Origin: Eledone cirrhosa
Taxonomy: Eukaryota
Assembly (NCBI GenBank): GCA_964016885.1
Contig: OZ024740.1
Coordinates: forward strand, 74,958,001 to 75,022,000
Direction: 5' to 3'
Length of the DNA stretch: 64,000 nucleotides
Shown here: positions 60,078 to 64,000 of the stretch, in pieces
How the letters are laid out: each line of letters opens with the position of its first letter
Numbering within the stretch: position 1 is the first letter of the stretch
Translations under genes and position numbers: made by a program
The notes under the pieces: generated by a model
Database searches by the model: none
Told to the model about the DNA's origin: nothing
Seen by the model: the letters and a program-made list of their open reading frames with translations, nothing else

Positions 60078-60121
60078 ACCGTCCTGACGAAGGCCAGTTA
60101 AGCCTGAAATGCATAGACAGT
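60078..60121 (+). ncRNA. Minimal hammerhead (family G, right arm)
   Basis: accgtc-CTGACGA-aggc-cagttaa-gcct-GAAA-tgca-TA-gacagt, with one stem I mismatch. Confidence 0.8.
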
Positions 60122-60263
60122 TGTCCTCCTTGCTTCTGCTGGACATCACCAGAGGGCGTTAGCCCTCCGGTGTTTGCATAGCTACGGCTTCCTAAAACCG
60201 TATTTCTTTGGAGATACGAAATATTTATACATATTGTATAAAGCTATGCTTGAAGCGAAATCC

Positions 60264-60913
<650 letters not shown>

Positions 60914-61076
60914 TTAGAATTGGAGCTCTGAAATAGCCATATATATATGAATGTATATATAATGTATTTTGCAATACACTTTATGCTTAATTAAAAGCAT
61001 TTTGAAGACCGTATGCTATTGTTTTAGAGTAGTGACAGACTCACTTACTTTAATCTCAGCAAACAGGGGGAGATAA

Positions 61077-61122
61077 AGCCGACAAGGCCTTGTTTCTGCA
61101 TTTGTTTATGCTTATCAAGGCT
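61077..61122 (-). ncRNA. Variant hammerhead with U3-A8 core (family J, left arm)
   Basis: Reverse complement agcc-TTGATAA-gcat-aaacaa-atgc-a-GAAA-caaggccttg-TC-ggct. Confidence 0.65.
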
Positions 61123-61216
61123 AACTACTCCCTCCCGTCTACTGAGATCACTGATTATTTACTAGATTTCTATAAGAATATAACATCAGTGATCTCAGTA
61201 GACAGGAGGGGTAGTT

Positions 61217-61262
61217 AGCCTTGATAAGCATCAACAAATGCAGAAACAAGGCCTTGTCGGCT
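61217..61262 (+). ncRNA. Variant hammerhead with U3-A8 core (family J, right arm)
   Basis: agcc-TTGATAA-gcat-caacaa-atgc-a-GAAA-caaggccttg-TC-ggct. Stem I agcc/ggct, palindromic stem III, canonical GUC site. Confidence 0.7.
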
Positions 61263-61407
61263 TTATCTCCCCCTGTTTGCTGAGATTAAAGTAAGTGAGT
61301 CTGTCACTACTCTAAAACAATAGCATACGGTCTTCAAAATGCTTTTAATTAAGCATAAAGTGTATTGCAAAATACATTATATATGCATTCATATATATAT
61401 GGCTATT

Positions 61408-61473
<66 letters not shown>

Positions 61474-61996
61474 CAAAGAGGGTGTGGTAATATACCAGGT
61501 GGACCATACCGCACCGGAGTACTCGATACTTGGAGTAGTATATATATATATATATAATACTTTAGGAGGGTCATGCTGCCAATAAAAACACACGCCCTTG
61601 TTGGACTTCACTTCAATTTATTATAAACTCCAAGTCGGTTAGTTTAATAACTGGATGGTGAAGTGAGAAGGTAGATAGATGGAGACTAAATAAACAGGGT
61701 TTGTGTTTCGGATACCTAAATATGGAATGTTACGCGATGCCCCCCCCCCCTCACACACAGCCCCGGTGGACAGGATAGAGTTGATTGTCAAAGCTCTTTT
61801 GTCACACATTCTGTGATCTCCCCAATGACTACTTTTGTTGTTATTTTGTATCTCTCTTTTGTTCTGTCCTACACCATATTGTATGTATGATATATATATT
61901 AAATATTTATACTCTGCTTTGTATTGAGTACCTTACTTACTGTGGTTACCCCTGATTGAACTCGGGATATACTTATATATATATATATAAATATAT

Positions 61997-62028
61997 CTGA
62001 TGAAGGAGTAGCGTCCGAAACGTTAAGA
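61997..62028 (+). ncRNA. Minimal hammerhead (family B), 5'-truncated at the core
   Basis: (TA)n-CTGATGA-aggagtagcgtcc-GAAA-cgtt-aaga. The copy starts exactly at C3 and lacks the 5' strand of stem I. Confidence 0.6.
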
Positions 62029-62115
62029 CCCTCTTCCTGCTATATCAAGCGTTAACCTAATATATACCTTTCATATACTGTACCGATTGTGTTGTTATTT
62101 TTGTTTACCTTTTAC

Positions 62116-62396
<281 letters not shown>

Positions 62397-62634
62397 ATAT
62401 ATATATATATATATAACCAAAGATTAGTATGGTTCGTTGATTACTCAATGAATACAATTTTACAATAGATTAGAAGCACTCAACCGTGAAGTTTTCCTGG
62501 AGTTTTTAATATTATTCAAAATATTAACAAATAAAAATATTCTCATAATCAAAATATATACTTTATTATTGGTATTACTACCAATACTGGAATTTAATAA
62601 TCAAGACCGTAGCGGTATGTCATATACCAAATCA

Positions 62635-62704
62635 TATATTTTGTCTGATGAGGACGTACTGAAAAAACAACACAGTACCTCTGAAATATTTATAATAAAG
62701 TATA
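62635..62704 (+). ncRNA. Minimal hammerhead (family F) in fold-back element 62415-62752
   Basis: tatattttgt-CTGATGA-ggacgtactg...cagtacctct-GAAA-tattta-TA-ataaagtata. Inverted arms 62510-62568 and 62693-62752. The left arm shares gcactcaac...ctggagt with 40600-40625. Confidence 0.65.
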
Positions 62705-62745
62705 TATTTTGATTATGAGAATATTTTTCATTTGTTAATATTTTG

Positions 62746-62776
<31 letters not shown>

Positions 62777-63405
62777 AACAAATTAAAAGACTGAGAAATG
62801 AGAAAGTAATGTGATGTGTTGGAATATATGATAAATCAAATGTAATGAAACGAATGGAAAATGATAAAAAACAAACAGGACAATACAGAACGGGAAGATA
62901 AAACTGGAAACATTAACAACGAAACATTTCAGTCTCCAGCCGAGCACGTAAACTCACGATTTTTGGTCAGGAAACCATAGCTTAGCGTCCTATTTTTTGC
63001 CAGGAAACCATAGCTTAACGTCCTATCATGACGATAGTTCTAAATTAAAGCTGCCGTTTGGTAGAGATGAACAGTACGAAGGAAAGATAACTATTATAGG
63101 TGCGTTCAATTTATAGACATAAAACAAGTAAATTTGACGAACATAAAAATTGTGAAGAAACACCTGGAGTAAAATCAATCATGGACAGGTAGAAACAAAA
63201 GGGGTCTATACCGATTTATTACACACACACGCGCGCGCGCGCACACACAACACATATTTACACGTACAGCCACAAAGATACACATACACCCTCACTCTCA
63301 AACGCACACACATAAACACACGCACACTCATATAGGATTATATGTGTGTATATGTATGTATGCATGTATGTATGCATGGATATATATATATATATTTATA
63401 TATAT

Positions 63406-63603
63406 GAAAGGAGTCAGGACCTCGACGGCTGAGCTCCGGCCGTTTCTACAGCTAGATCCGAACTGTTCGGAGCTAGCTGTCGAAACGGCCGGAGCTCAGC
63501 TGTCGAGGTCCTGACTCTTTTCCTATTACCCACTCTACAACCCTACGTATTGAGTACTCTGGTGCGTTATGGTCCACCTGGTATCTTACCACACTCTCTT
63601 TGT

Positions 63604-63604
<1 letters not shown>
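63406..63604 (+). mobile_element. Family F1 copy (cggccgg subfamily) in (TA)n
   Basis: ggagtcaggacctcgacggctgagctccggccgtttc...gaaacggccggagctcagctgtcgaggtcctgactc hairpin plus tail. Confidence 0.8.
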
Positions 63605-63642
<38 letters not shown>

Positions 63643-63940
63643 GGTTTGTTGGTTCACCAATGGATAGAACTGGTCATTCCGTATGGTCAACCTCGATGTA
63701 GTATTAGGGAGAGCACTCGACGTAATGCAACTCACCCGTCTTCGTTTGTATTGTTGGTGGTGCGAGTACGGAGTTAATTATTATAAAATAATAGGAGGTT
63801 GGACTGGTGTAATTCCTTAAAAGGTTTATTATACTAGGCCGGCTGACCGGGCTAGAAGCTGCTAAATGTTCGGCCGCTCTCGTGTCTCTGCTTTTCAGCC
63901 TCATGGATTTTGTCTATTATATTCCTTTGTTATATTTTGA

Positions 63941-63998
63941 ATACCTGATGATGTCACCGGATTCATACTGAACCGGGTCACTGAAATGATCATAGTAT
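63941..63998 (+). ncRNA. Minimal hammerhead (family H) at the window edge
   Basis: atac-CTGATGA-tgtcaccggattca-tac-tgaaccgggtcact-GAAA-tgatca-TA-gtat. Stem I atac/gtat, palindromic stem III, AUA site, imperfect stem II base. Confidence 0.7.
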
Positions 63999-64000
63999 AA

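Larger units (their letters stand above)
60931..61408. mobile_element. ~480-bp palindromic element (family J) near (TA)n
   Basis: Arms 60931-61155 and 61185-61408 are near-perfect reverse complements. Confidence 0.85.

Overview
AT-rich, microsatellite-saturated animal genomic DNA. The SINE types, microsatellite load and poly-Asn coding exon suggest an octopus/cephalopod (inference). Only one convincing host coding exon was found: a minus-strand first coding exon of a Tolloid/BMP1-like astacin metalloprotease (50525-49862), ending at the family motif MDPCKA followed by a phase-1 GTGAGT donor. No exon 2 was found by eye, so most of 1-49861 is probably one very long intron. The rest is repeats: tRNA-derived SINEs, decayed RTE and R4/Dong LINE pieces, a Penelope-like (PLE) reverse transcriptase fragment, a Helitron remnant, MITEs and satellites. 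The main discovery is a set of at least 7 unrelated families of short non-coding elements in or beside (TA)n tracts. They carry about 15 minimal type-I hammerhead ribozyme motifs (CUGANGA...GAAA...NUH, mostly with a palindromic stem III; some degenerate) and many are built as fold-back inverted repeats or tandem units. They look like non-autonomous PLE pseudo-LTR/retrozyme derivatives. Almost all ORFs in the supplied track are microsatellite artefacts. Folding and homology were judged by eye and coordinates are approximate to a few bases.
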